Origin: Tubiluchus corallicola
Taxonomy: Eukaryota > Animalia > Priapulida
DNA length: 64,000 nucleotides
Direction: 5' to 3'
Assembly: GCA_030141605.1 (NCBI GenBank)
Contig: JAQGDQ010000064.1
Span: 424,116 to 488,115 of the forward strand
A model generated the notes under the pieces. That model saw only the letters and a list, made by a program, of their open reading frames with translations. It was not told the origin of the DNA and did not search any database. The position numbers and the translations under genes are program-made. Within the stretch, counting starts at the first letter, position 1, and every line of letters begins with the position of its first letter. Positions 1 to 20,478 of this stretch are shown one piece after another.

Positions 1-3000
1 AAATGGACCCAGGAATTGTCAAAGCCACCACTGAACAGAAGTACAGAGTGAGTATGTTCATCTGAAGGATATTATTTGTGTGAAATTGTATGTATGGTAT
101 GTGTTGATATGATGATTTTTGATATGGGTTTAATATTTTTGTAATGTTGCTTGTTTTGCTTTTTGATACGGTGCTACAAACTCTGCTTTCTGACTATCTT
201 GCAATACATTTGCTGAGGGGAGAATAAGAAAGTAACTCAATGAGAAACAAGATTTTACTATACTTAATTACAGGTGGGTAAATAGTATAAATATATGTCA
301 CTTTAACCATATAACTGTTATATATAAAAATATAATTGTTACAAATACTGCAAGATTTTTTTTTCATAAATTTATATATTTGTAATTAACTCCATGCTGT
401 AATTCAGTTCATTGAGTTTGGCTGTTACAGGAAATCTTTAACTACACTTTGAAAGATCGTTTGTTGCACGCCACTATGTGAAGACACAATATTACTGCAC
501 GCAAACTGAAAAAAGGCGTGCGGAAAATTTTTGTCAAACACAAACGTTACCTTAAACGATCTCCGAGTTTTTTGGTAGTATTTTATTTATTTATTTTAGG
601 CTGTTGAATTACTCAAAAACTATTTTGACTAGCATATTACGAAAATCGGATAGCAAATATTTGCAAATGTCAAATTTTTGTAACTACCAGATAATATTGG
701 ATACAGATATTTAATTTCGTGAATGTCGCGGATACGAATCGTATTTCCGGAGCAACACTATTTTAAAGTACCAACCATACCAGTGAACCAAGGATCTGGT
801 AGTCCCTGAACATGACAGAGAATTGATACTAGTGCACTCCATGTTGTAAATGTGTTATGCGAAATAGTGACTTGCAACTTATGACTAAGTAAACTAAGTA
901 AATTCACTGTCTTGCAGACCGTGATAGAACTGGCGGAACAGGATTCGTTCGACCTCAGTTGGTTTTGTACTACTTGCATTGTCAAGAAGCCTGTGCGATC
1001 AAAGCATTGTACATCATGTAATAAATGTATAGCCAAATTTGATCATCATTGCCCTTGGGTGGGAAACTGTGTTGGTAAGTTTTATGCGTAGATATGATTT
1101 GTTTGCTGTATTAGCTAGTACCACTTGGGACAGTAAGCAAAGAAAAATTCTTCTGTGAGGTTATTGAGCAGCAATCTCTTGTAACTGTTTCCATGACAAA
1201 ATATTTAATATCTTGATGGCATGCATTTATTAGTAATTTTTATTAGTACAGCGCTTGATCTATATAAAAACAGCATAATAGAACATCGTAACACAAAATA
1301 TATTCAAGTATAATACAAATTCAGGTAATGATTGCATTTCAATTCCTGTTGAATGCAGATGTCTAACTGGCACGTAATAAGTATCTTTTCAGGCTACCAT
1401 AGCAACATTCAGTCATTCAGTTTTGCTGTGTGATGTAATTTGTTTATTTTTCTTCTACTATAATTAAATGACATTCTGGAATTCTATTTGATTAATTTTA
1501 TGTAACCCAATGAAGGGAGTAGTGCCTTTTCTGAAATATTGTGAATACTAATAAACCTTGTTTTGATTAACTACTTCTTCATTTTTATTATGTATACACG
1601 ACCTCACTTATTAATAGTAGAACATTGTTATTAAAAGTAAAAGCTCAAAGCCAAGATTGTGTTGCGTTTGTCTTAGATACCCAAATACTTGAATATTAAG
1701 TCAACTATGGTCAGCTTTTCTCTGATCATCTTGGTTGAGTTTTTAATTGATTTGAGATATATATATATATATAATTTTTATTTATTTTAAGTGGATTTAA
1801 ACATTTATGTTACCAACTAACCAAAGAATATTCTTGCCATAGTTTTATTATCATTAACGTCTTTGTTACTGTTAATTTTTTAGGTGCATTGAATCATAAA
1901 TTCTTCATTGGCTACTTGCTTTCTATGTTGATTCTACTCGTCACGTACCAGTACTGTACTATTTACTGTAAGTGATTTTTGTGCAGATTTACTGGTCACA
2001 TATTACTGCTGAAATTTTGCTCAAGTATACACACAATCTGTTGGTTAGGTACTATGCAGACATAGGTGTTACACAAAAAACTAATGAGCTGATCCAAGTG
2101 CAGCACTGATACATCACTAACAGCATCAGCTTATTAGTTTTTTTGTGTAACACGCATGTCTGCATAGTACGTAACCAGTGAGTTAATTATATCAAACAAG
2201 TATTTATTTAATGCATGAAAGAGCCAGCCTCTAGGAATTAACATGTTTACTGAACGTAGACAATTGTACTAGATATTCCTTTTTGGCTTGATTTATAGTG
2301 CAGTCAACCTTGGATATAAGAGACACCTCGGGACCAAAAAAACACGTCCCTTATAGCCGAAGTTGAGTCACACTAAGGGTGTATCTAGACCTGTACTTTT
2401 ACCCATTTTTTATGGATTGTTGCTACACATTCAGTGCAAATGGTATGTAGGAAGCTCCTTCAGTGATGCGAGATGTATGTGACCGCGGAAACCGAGCTGT
2501 TCGAAGGCCGAGTTTGCGAAAAATTGAGGTTAAAAATCGATCAATTTCGCTTTGATCATAGGGTCCCTTATATGCGAAGTAATTTACCTGGGTTTCTATT
2601 ACGCAGGACCTGAAGATATCATCCCTTATAACCGAGTACCTTATATGCAAAGATTTTTACGTAGGAAAAACGTTACGAAATATCGGGACCGGTGTTGGTG
2701 GTCCTTTATAAGCGAGTGTCCCTTATAAGCGAGTACCTTATACCCGAGGTTGACTGTATTGAAAATGGCTATGACAGCTGAAATGATTGTCTACACTCAG
2801 TAAACATGTTATTTTTATTTCTGCTGACATAATTTACAGATTGACGTTGAAATGTTTCTATGGTACACATTAAATTCTGACTAGTCCACAATTTTTCAAT
2901 GTCTCCTTTCTCCAACTCATTACCCGCAATGGGTAATAATTAGTAAAATAAACCGCAATTGTTTACAAAAGTTCTGGCAATCACAGTCATAATTAATGGA

Positions 3001-6000
3001 ATTAAAAAAATGGATTTTTTTACTTGGCTCTAAACCATTCTTTTATTAGTTTCAAAAAGTTGTCATAGTGTATATTACTCAGTGCGATACCATTCCTCGC
3101 CAGTATTGAACACACTGTCTGTTTTCCAAACTAATTTACTGCTAATTAAATAAATTGAGTTATTAGTACAGAATTATGTAATTCCTTTATGGTAGTACTA
3201 AAACTTTCTAGAATTAATGCTTCACAGTTTGTGTAAGCAAGCAGTCCCAGTTACAGAGTTTTAAATTACGCACCATAGTCTATATTCTATGTTCTATATT
3301 CTATTCTTTTATATGTATATTAAAAGTAATTTATATATAATTATATACTAAATGTGAATATTTATTTGTACCAAATATAATTGCCTCATTTAGATTGGAA
3401 GATAGTATGTATACCATACTTACCAGCAGTAGGGAAGTCACTCCAGTTCTTATATGTATTACAATGTCAGCCGTGGACTGTTTGGATGTTTGTTAATGCT
3501 CTTGTGCATACGCTCTGGGTAACTGCTCTTCTACTATGCCAAATGTACCAGGTAAAATGTTCCACTCTTTTGTGTTAAATTACACACAGGTTTTTGTAGT
3601 TATGTTTGTAGAAACACAAAGGTCAGCAGGTTTCATCTCTGATTTACAGTCTAAAGATCTCGAGTTCACATCTTGTTCTGGTTGTTCTGAGTTGGAGCAC
3701 TTTTTTGAGCCAGGCTACTTAATGGCATGGCTTGCTTTTGTAATATTATAGTTGTACCTTGAGAGAAAAAAGATGTACCCTGTGAGGAATGGTTTCCCGA
3801 TTGAGTGAATAATACTTGAATAACACAGCCACTGACCTTCGTGATGTGTAATAAATATTATACTGTAAAATATTGACAACTAAGGAAAGCAGTGCAACTG
3901 AATGAAAATCAATTACATTTTTGTTTTTCTTTTTTTATCATTTTAAGCATAGCTATTCATTGTAACCTGATAAGGAGATATCAGCAGGTCTGAAATCATA
4001 CACTTGTCAGCATAGAAACAGACTGTAGCCTTGGGGTGACTCTTGAATTTGTCCCCCCTTCCAACAAAAATTAAAACATGGCAACATTCTTGTGATTTTA
4101 GATTTGTAAAATTTGTGGCAGTGTGTTGCAGGCAGCTGTGACCAGTTGTGGTCATAAGATGATAAAATAAATTTGTTTGGGGAGAAAGATTCTCCCTGCA
4201 TGCTTCAAAAGCTCGCAAACCTCTTCAAATGTTAATACAGGAAAGAGCATGATTATAAATTCAGTTAATTCTAGACATGCGCTGGACAGAAACAAAAAAA
4301 AAACATGTAAATATGACAAAGTTATTAAATTACCAAGTAAGATCTTTGCAACTTGCCTTTCTTACTGGACAGATAAAACATGTTTTTTAGTGCTTGCTTT
4401 GTTTTTCTGCACTTTCTTTTTTGCCAACAAGTTCAAAAACTGTTTTGAACATACTCTGAATCACTGAATAGTTATCCAGCTGTTTGTGCGACTGGAAATA
4501 GGACAATGTTATCCATATCATTGGTTGTATGTAGGGATGTTAAATGATACAAATTTGGTGATACGTTAAATTATTTCGAACGATACTGAAGTTAGACAAT
4601 TTACGCAACAACAGAAAAGATATTATTGATAATTAAATTATTTCGTGCTTCAGTGCGTTCAGTGCTGTATACTTAAATGGCTGCTATTTATGAAACAAAA
4701 AAGTTTGTTTGTCATAATCATTCATAAAATAGCATGAAGCTGAGATAGATAAATATATTACTGCGAAAGAAATATTTATCTATGTGAGCTGCCCATAACT
4801 AGGAAAGTGACACTAAAAATATGGTAAAGTGACATCCGCGCGTATCACTATACTTTGTCAGTATGATTCAGAATGAAGATAGCTGTTATTGCCAGGCAAA
4901 AGTACAAAAAAATGATTCGGCGTCTGAAAAGCATATAATTTTAAATATACAATTTTTTTATCCACTAATTTGTGTAATTATTGTAAATAAATAGATAAGA
5001 AAAATGAAGCAATTTTATAAAGGTAAGTAATGATACATGCCAAATTCAATACGATAACTATATTCCTAGAATAATATCGATGCAATAACGATAAAAATAA
5101 TTTTTCATATTGACGTGATACTCGATAATTATCGATACGTACTTATTGTTACGTATCCCTAGTTGTAGGACAGAACTCATAATCCTGTCTCATATTTCGT
5201 TTTTCTCTAGTCCTTATTAATTTTGACAAATTTGGAATTTTTGTTGCCAATTGTAACTAATTGGTACAGTAACAATACTGATATGATTTTAGTGGCTGAT
5301 TCTTATTTTGACTTTAGTAATCACTTTGAATTATCATTTTGACATTCATAATTCGTAATTATCCTGTTAGTGTTACATAAAACAATTTGTGATGCAACCA
5401 ACTTGTCAGGAAACTCTTACTTACTCACACTAAACACAATATAACTTTTATTTTACTATCCCTAACAAAATGTGCTACTGCCTACAGATGACAGTGCTGT
5501 AGAGTATTCTAAAATCTGGGGTATTAGCATTAAAATTAGAAAAAATTAGAAATTTTTATTTTGCTTTGTTTTTTAACGTATTTGAAAATAGCCATTGGCT
5601 AATGCTGTACTTTGTAAAATTTCGGCAATAAATAAAATTTTTACTACTACTGATCATGATCATGCAGCTACACTTTTTTGATGACAAACAACTTAATTGT
5701 ACAGGCATGGACATTGTATGGACTTTTTCCAACAAACTACCTAGTAACTTCAGTCAAGTATTCATTCAAGTACAAGAATGTTTCTCATGACACATCAGAA
5801 TGGTAAGAAATCTTGTGGGATGTTAAATCTACTTCTTATGATCCAGTGTTATACTTATTCAGATTTTATCACTTATATTTCAGATCTGTTTTTTGGGCAT
5901 GACAACAAATGAACGAATCAACTGTCATAGATATTCACATTTTAACAGTGGTCCAGGAGGTGATGTTTCAAGTCCATTCCAGTAAGTAACTTTTTAAGAG

Positions 6001-6703
6001 TCATTCAGACCAACATAGTCCAGTTTTTGGAAATATTCTTATCTAAAACATCCCTAAATGTTAGCTGGATTTTCACTTATTAGTTTATTTATGATTAAAA
6101 ATCAAAATATACACAGTTCATTTACTAATATAACTACTGTGTGTGTTAAACTTCTGTGTAAACTTTTAAGACCGATTAACTAATTATAAACTAATGCCAG
6201 CAGAAATTTTTGATTAATTTTAAAATCAATCACATTTCTTTTCACTAGTTGAACTGTACCACTACCTTTCTGTTTCACTGGTATTTATGACAAGTAAGCT
6301 AACTGAATGATCTTGTTCAACAAAATACACAGAATACTTACTTTGTAAACTATATTATGCATTGCCGTTGGACATCAGCTACCTTGTAATTTATTCACAG
6401 TGAAAAACTATTAAAAATTTTCATAATAATGATAAAAAATCACATTAGCGTTAATAGGGCTGTAATAGTGCATGTCTAAAACAAATGACAGTAGCAGAGT
6501 GGCTTAATTGGCCAGGCATTGAATTGATATTGCGAACAATGTTCATATTCATATTGGTTTAAATTCAGACTCAGTCACAAGCTGTCTCAGTGTTCTTTTT
6601 TATCAGTCTTGAATGTAACTTTAATGAGATATTTGTGGGTTTGGACAATCAGTCACGGGCTTTGCTGGTGCAGAATAATTTTTTGCTAAAAACATTTTAC
6701 TAG

Positions 6704-6740
<37 letters not shown>

Positions 6741-7056
6741 CTTCTCGTCTAGGTACATGCAGTATTAAGTTTCTGAAATTACAAATAATACTTCTGTTGT
6801 CTATTTTATGTATGTACATGTGCTGTATAGTTCATGTTACAATAAATAAATGAAAAATAAAGAATGAGACTGACAATTTGACTTTTACAGCCGTGGTATA
6901 GTTGGAAACTTCGTAGATTTCTTCGAGTTGTCATGCTTTGGACTTTGTCCTGTACATCATGTTGATTGGTTAAGTACCTACAATGATGATGTCAAGTCCT
7001 CGCAGCCATACAGCTATCAACCTCTTTCATCCAGGGAGAACTTTCAATACGTCTAG
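1..7056 (+). CDS. ZDHHC17: Palmitoyltransferase ZDHHC17/HIP14-like, 3' part (5' exons lie upstream of the window)
   Basis: Exons <1-47, 918-1074, 1884-1967, 3394-3551, 5884-5981, 6891-7056, all GT-AG and phase-consistent. Translation: [78 protein letters not shown].../...[21 protein letters not shown]...[15 protein letters not shown]...ENFQYV*. DHHC cysteine-rich domain and TTxE motif present; the flanking residues match recalled ZDHHC17/13 sequences. Confidence 0.93.
918..1074 (+). CDS. ZDHHC17: ZDHHC17 exon encoding the DHHC catalytic cysteine-rich domain
   Basis: ttgcag acceptor ending 917, gtaagt donor at 1075; encodes [36 protein letters not shown]. Confidence 0.96.
2042..2177. repeat. 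Fold-back inverted repeat (about 52-bp arms, about 31-bp loop); possible small MITE
   Basis: tggttaggtactatgcagacataggtgttacacaaaaaactaatgagctgat is the reverse complement of atcagcttattagtttttttgtgtaacacgcatgtctgcatagtacgtaacca, with 4 mismatches and 1 indel. Confidence 0.85.
2301..2756. mobile_element. Tc1/mariner (pogo/Tigger-like) MITE
   Basis: TIRs cagtcaaccttggatataag and cttatacccgaggttgactg; right flank TA, left flank TG (probably a mutated TA); repeated subterminal ccttata(a/g)(c/g)cga motifs; no transposase. Confidence 0.8.
4532..5161. mobile_element. Non-autonomous hAT-like element
   Basis: Termini tagggat...atcccta; 8-bp flanks gttgtatg and gttgtagg (7/8 match, a probable TSD); subterminal cgata/gatac repeats. 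Confidence 0.7.
6708..6739. repeat. (TA)16 microsatellite
   Basis: Direct reading of the sequence. Confidence 0.9.
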
Positions 7057-8332
7057 GGGAACAGATCGCAAGATGTTTGTCCTCCTTTACATAAATGTTC
7101 TAATTCAAGTTGTGAGTAACCAAAAGCTAAGATTTATTGTTTGTGTAGAAGAAGCAAATTTACACCTTAGTAAAGTCTGTTTGGTTATTCGTAACTAAAT
7201 CAAAAGTGATAGATTTCAAACCAGTATATGGTGTCATAAATGCTTGAGTTTCACTTAAAATAATGAGATATATTACTCTATAGGAACACGTAAAATACTT
7301 TTACGATGTAGTTTATAACTTTTTGATATCACAGTGTCTCTCCTTCGACATTTTTTAGTAGTTGTTATGAAATGATACAATGCAATCTAGTTGTGTAGTT
7401 GAATGTGATGCATTTCAATGTGAAATCAGCTTTTGCTGTAAGTCAGATTCTGAAGTTAGCTTGCATCTTATCTAGTGAGCTATGCAAAAGTCTTTTTATT
7501 GACGTGTCGGTTTTTATTGTAAATCGGGAAATAATGATAATTAATCACTAATAGACTGGACATCTAGTACAATATCTTTTGAGTTAGATGAACTGTAGTC
7601 GCTGCACGATACAGTTGAGATCTAACGATAGTTTTTTTTTAATTTAAAGTATTCATTTGAGAGTCAAGTGCTCTGATCATCAAGAGAAGCTACAGTATTG
7701 CTTGGGAAGCTGTTAATTTCAGCAAGTACATGATTATGTGTTATTTAAAATCTGAAATATTGTAAATTTGGAATAACTCAATGATACTATCCCCACTCAT
7801 TTAGCCTTAGTCTAACAGAGCTTGTCTTCTGATCATTCCAACATTTAGTCAGGAATAGTGCTTTCAAAATAATGTCCATGTACATTACGAATCTGAATAC
7901 TTTATTTATAACTTTACCATGTTTATGTAATAATGTGTAACTTGGTATTAAGTCATTTAGACTTTATTTTACTGATTAATTTATTAGTTTGTGTATGCAT
8001 TGCCCATAAAATATATTGTATATAAAGTATGTAATAAATTGCATGTTGATGGTACTTAAACTAGAGATAGTACTTGCTCGTGTCCCATAATAAAATATCC
8101 TTGAAACAAACATGTGACCTCTATCATACTCATTTATGACTTTCTGTTTATGTACAAGTGTAAAATAATTCAAAAATTTTAAATTGTGTCAAAAACAAAA
8201 ATATTCATATCATATTCTTAACTTTCTCTTTACATAGACAATTAAGATCCAATGTTTTCAAAAACAAAAACGTCTCAATAAAATATATGCAGTAATGATT
8301 CGAGAATAAACTTTTTTAGTTTATCTGGCTCA

Positions 8333-15151
<6,819 letters not shown>

Positions 15152-15887
15152 TTGGGAAAGTTTCTTTGAGAAAGAACTAGTTTAATCCATGTGGCTGCTA
15201 AGACGAAAATATAATACTACTCTAATTATACTGCTCTACCAATAAAGTTTTGCGCACCTCTATTTTTATTACTGTGCAGACAGTTCAATTAATCACACCA
15301 TAATAATATTTTTCCGATGAGAACTCCTTAGCTTTTTTGCATATTAAATTTTGTTTATGCTAGTGTTACAATATACAGGCTGAAAAATCTGCATTGCTAA
15401 AAATTTCAATAAAACCAAATAATCTTGAAATAATTATTTAAATAACTATATAATTACTATATACGAAATTACTATATAAATAACATTTATTTGTTTTTTA
15501 TTATAGCAGGCAGCTATATTGTATCTGTCACAAAAGTTTGGAAACAAAAACCTGTGAATATATGAGCCTTAACTATGTGAAATACAAGCAAAGAAACTTT
15601 ATTTTATTTTAATGATAGCAGTAGTGAGATTTGATAGGAACTTGGTCAATTATGTTCACAGCCTGCAATGAATTGTGGTAATTTGTGTTACCTGACAATG
15701 CCTAAATGTAAATATGCTTTACAATGACTCAGATTTCATAAATTGAGCTAAATGCTCGATTTTGCAATAGATGACTGTCGATCGGACACTTTCGCCTCAA
15801 TTGCCAAAAATACACTAGCCCGGGCAAACCTTTCCCTCTTCCCACAAAAATAAATGATTGCATTTATCGGCTAATATAAGTCTAGAT

Positions 15888-16093
15888 CAGGGTCGGCTTT
15901 AGGTAATTGGAGGCCCTAGGCGAAGTGAATTTGGTGGCCCCAAATGAAATAGAAAAATAAAAAATAAATACGAAAAAAATAAAATTACGCAATTTATTAA
16001 AAACTATAATGTATGTTACCTCGGCGTGAGGCTCCCCTGGAGGGTGAGGCCCTAGGCGGTTGCCTAGTTTGCCTATGCTTAAGGCCGGCCCTG
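15888..16093. mobile_element. hAT (Tip100-like) MITE
   Basis: TIRs cagggtcggcttta and taaggccggccctg; perfect 8-bp TSD gtctagat at 15880-15887 and 16094-16101; internal ggccctaggcg repeats. Confidence 0.9.
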
Positions 16094-16423
16094 GTCTAGA
16101 TGGCAACTAAAGAACATCGGCAAAGCAAGTGATGATCAGGAGTTTTTTATAAATGCAAACATTACTGTTATGCAATATAGCTTTTTACTAAAAAATAAAA
16201 GGTAATAAAAAACAATGTATTGACGTAATTGAGGTAAAGGCCTACAAGGGTTGCCCCCTTGTTATCTTATATAGTCTGATACGGAATTTGAGTGTCAGCG
16301 GTGGTAGTTGTGCTGTGGAACTAGAAACTGTGGTTTCTATTGTCGTCATCGTCATTGGTTTTAATTTGTTGTTGTTGTCAAAAAACCTGCCTCTGAAATT
16401 TGACAATGAGTTGTTTGTGTACC

Positions 16424-16500
16424 ATGGCCTTGCTGGTGCTACGTGAACTTTGCTTTTCCCGCCAGAAAGTACAATGGTTCTGGGTTCGAATCCTAATTGC
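16424..16500 (+). mobile_element. tRNA-derived SINE head (Pol III A/B boxes), degenerate
   Basis: A-box-like tggccttgctgg and B-box ggttcgaatcc at about 16482; no cloverleaf. Confidence 0.4.
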
Positions 16501-17449
16501 GTGATAATTTTTCAGAACCTTCCTTCTTCTTGATTTCTCGGCTAAGCAAGCTTTTTAATTAATTACTAATCTTTACCATGTGGCTCGGACTGATCGCCTT
16601 GCAATTTTTCAGAGCCTTTCTCCTAAATTTGACAATTGATTACTGCTGCCGTTGTTAATGATATTGTTGCAGCTATCTCACCAAACAAGGCTGTCTCACC
16701 TTGACTTTGCTCCCAAATAGGCGTATGCACCTGGTTCACAACCCGGGCTATGTTCCGACTTTTTTACATTTCCTATCTTTGGACAAGTTTGGTTCATTTT
16801 ATTACTCTCTTACATTCTTTTATTAAAATTTTATGTCATTAATTGATAAAAAAATTATGTTTTAACTTTGGACAAGTGGGGCTGTTAATTACGTCATGTA
16901 TACACACACATACTGTGCATATTTAATTAAACAAAGAATTATTATCAATTATAATAATTATTATTACCTATCTTCAAATTGAAATTATGAATAATTAATT
17001 AGATGATCTAGTAAATGATGTGCATTACCAAGCTGACAGTTAATTTCTTTTATTAGTATAGACAAGTTTATTTAATAACGATGTTATAAAAAATACTTCC
17101 TGGTGATGTAATCCCTTCTGCTTCCAACAACGCCATAACGCTGACTGCATTTTTACTGTTAAACATCATTAATTTTAAGTTACTGTCGTTGTTGAAGACA
17201 ATGAAGAACAATGAGACTATCACTTGACTAAGGAGAAATACAATTGGTGGGCTTTTTGCACTGGGATACTATGCCTAGAAAGTATAATTGTTGAACATAG
17301 CACTTTTACAAAAAATTCTGACTTTGGTCCATTGTCCCAGTGAAGATAACTAGCTTGCTTTCCTAACTAACTATGGCACTATAATCTTATATGTTAATGA
17401 CAAGAATAAATTCACAGTTCAAATACACTTGTAAAAACAAAATTCTCTG

Positions 17450-17900
17450 TTATTAGGACTGGGTGATCGACAGATAAACCAGTTAAAGTGTAAAGTCATT
17501 AAAGGAAGTGTATTGTTTTCGTATTATTTTCGTTGCTAGATGGCAGCATTCAGCTTAAAGAGCTTAATATGCACGCACAAGTATTTATAACCTGTACTCC
17601 ACAATAATTATAAAGAACCCACAAAAGTCTTTCCATGCGGTAAAAAACTTTAGATATTTTAAACGCTGAAAAAGCGCTTAACAAGGCAAAGTAAGCTTGC
17701 AGCAGACTGATTTGTGAAAAAAAATTGATGTCCTTCTGCAGCACTTATAAAGTTTTATACGCCTGTACGAAGAGTGTACATACCTATCAAGACGAAATAG
17801 TAGTCTTGTCACATTGTTATTTGACTCATTTCCAGCTGTTCTATTACAAATTGTTATAATTGTTTGGGTAAACGACCTATTTTTGCATGCTAACTCCAGC
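17450..17900 (-). mobile_element. Possible highly decayed non-LTR reverse transcriptase fragment
   Basis: FKISKVFYRMERLLWVLYNYCGVQ loosely resembles the RT motif D.SKAFDRV...LW..L..YGV; many stops; boundaries approximate. Confidence 0.3.
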
Positions 17901-18573
17901 TGAGCAAATAATGAACTTATAAAAACTGCTCGTTTCTTGCTTCTATAAATGATGGGAAGTAATGCTCTTTAAGCTTACAAACAACTTTTTACTGTTTTAC
18001 ATACGTCAGGTTGCTTTCATCTGTAAGAGACGTTAGTGATCTCTATTATAATGCAGCATTTTTTGTTATATAATGCTGCGTTACTACATAGTCAGTCTTT
18101 TGGAACATTAAGGAACTCTAACAGCATGAAAGATAGTAATAATCTCTGGCCGCGCAGATGGATAAAATTTTTTGAAAATTTTTAAACCTTTAACTGCAAA
18201 ATTAACTTTAATTTAGTTTTTAGGTCTATGTTTTTGTAAATCTGAAATGCTATAAACGTGTAAACTTTTTGACAGCCACCTGAGCACGTATAAGCCTATG
18301 TATACCATATTCATTTCACAATCGTTGCCAGATTGGTAAGATGTACTTCTTATCATGTAGCGACTGAGCCTAATGTGTATAAAGAAAACCCGTACACGTA
18401 GCACAGCTGGTCAACATTGCATAATGAGTCGAAATGAGTGAAGTTTTAAAAATGAGTGATGTTTTTTGGGTGAGATATTTGGCTGTCCAACGATAACACT
18501 TTTATAAAAAAAATAAAAATTTTACGTATATTATGACGATATAGCAGGGGCATATCAGCCTACATGCTCAAAA

Positions 18574-19152
18574 ACTGCATCAGTGTCAGTGTTTGTGTAA
18601 TCATTGATTGGTTATCTACATACTGATTCAGTGTTTGTGTAATCATTGATTGGCAGTGTACATATGTGTCATTGTTTGTGTAATCACCGATTGGCAGTAT
18701 GCATACTGTGTCAGTGTTTGTGTAATCAATGATTGGCAATATGGATACTGTGTTAGTGTTTGTGTAATCATTGATTGGCAGGTACTGTGTCAGTGTTTGT
18801 GTAATCATTGATTGGCAGCATACATACTATCTCAAGTGTTTGTGTAATCATTAATTGGCAGTACACATACTGTGTCATTGTTTGTGTAATCACTGATTGG
18901 CAGTATGCATACTATGTTATTGTTTGCATAATCTGAATTGGTAGTATGGATACTGTGTCAGTGTTTGTGTAATCAATGATTGGCAGTATGGATACTGTGT
19001 TAGTGTCCGTGTAATCATTCATTGGCAGGTACTTTGTCAGTGTTTGTGTAATCATTGATTGACAGCATTCATACTGCATCACTGTTTGGGTATTCACTGA
19101 TTGGCAGTATACATACTGCATCACTGTTTGTGTAATTATTGATTGGCAGTAT
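18574..19152. repeat. Minisatellite, about 14 copies of a 38-42 bp unit
   Basis: Consensus tactgtgtcagtgtttgtgtaatcattgattggcagtatgca repeated in tandem with substitutions and small indels. Confidence 0.95.
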
Positions 19153-20478
19153 CACTTCAAATTGATGAAAACTAGTTGTCTTACAGGTTACATATTTATT
19201 ATTTGGGCTACGCTATAAATCATACAAACAAATTATATGGGTGAACAAGACTTTTATCAATAATTGTGACAAAATTGTGATCGGATCATAGCTTATTAAA
19301 AGTTACATGAAAACACGTAAATATACAATCAAATATACAAAAACTTGATTTTATATTACAGAGTATAATGTAAATACCCGTGCTAAATAATAACAAAATG
19401 TTTGGTCTGAAATCAGTAACAACAATAACCTGATAACAATGTAAAATTCGACTAGCATCAGTACTTGTATGCAAAATTTGTCTAACTGTGAGTGTATCTC
19501 AGTTAACAAAAAAATCTCAAATAAAAATATTAATAACAATTGTATAAACAGTTACAAATTAAATACATATAACATCATTGCTACTGGAATGTACAGATAC
19601 CATAAATACTCATACACATAGACCAAACAGTTTTATGAAGCCATTTAAAGTGAATAATTACCATGTTTTTGTAAGCTATATTTTCAGCAAAAAACAAAGA
19701 AGTATTGGCAAAAAGTTCTTGTATATTTGTTCACTTAAATGGGATAAATAAGTGAGCAAGCAAAGGCAGCAAATATAGTAAAGCTTTTGAAAAATAAATG
19801 ACGTGACTAACAAGAACTCGCCAGAACTTTTGTTAAAGGAGTTCAAATTAAAGGTCTTTCACAACAAAATAACATTGTGCACAGTAGCAATTATAAAATC
19901 CATGACATAGCAATCACTAAGTATACCATAGGCTATCACATGCTTAGACTTGCATTTAAAAATTAGCACTCGTAAGGTAAAATGCAGTGTGTGTACATTT
20001 CTTTAATGGCAGTCAACTTTATTTTCAAAAAAAAGCTCACTGTAAAAATAGTATAATGTAAGTATGCAATTCAGACAACTGTCATTGTACCTTTATTTGT
20101 TTAAAGTTTATGCAATACCTTTGCTGAATAATTTTAATTTGTGCGTGCCTTTCTCATATTGTTAACGAAACATTTCCATTTTGTACAAAACACACAGTTT
20201 TTTAAAATGAAACAATAGCCTTTATTATTACTTTTATAAAGCTATTCTTATTGTTAGGAATGGATAAATGATATAACTGAGTTGTTTTAATATCCAAGCT
20301 CAGTTCAAAGTTGCTCAAAGTTTCTTATTTTGAGTGCACTTGGTTTCAAAATTTCAACAATTTCACCATTATTAATAATTTTAAAAATTATACGTATATT
20401 ATTCTTTTCATTGTTTGAAAAGATGCAAGAATCAATTTGTATCGACGCAGCTACAATTTTTCTCTGCCCATTTAGAAG

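Noticed and set aside
108-193. C/D box snoRNA candidate (ATGATGA...CTGA) in a ZDHHC17 intron
   Set aside because: Weak terminal stem, low-complexity interior and no recognisable guide; the motifs are expected by chance in AT-rich DNA.
18560-19124. CRISPR-like or repeat-protein reading of the 42-bp array
   Set aside because: Units are directly adjacent with no unique spacers, there are no cas genes, the context is eukaryotic, and frames are broken by indels.
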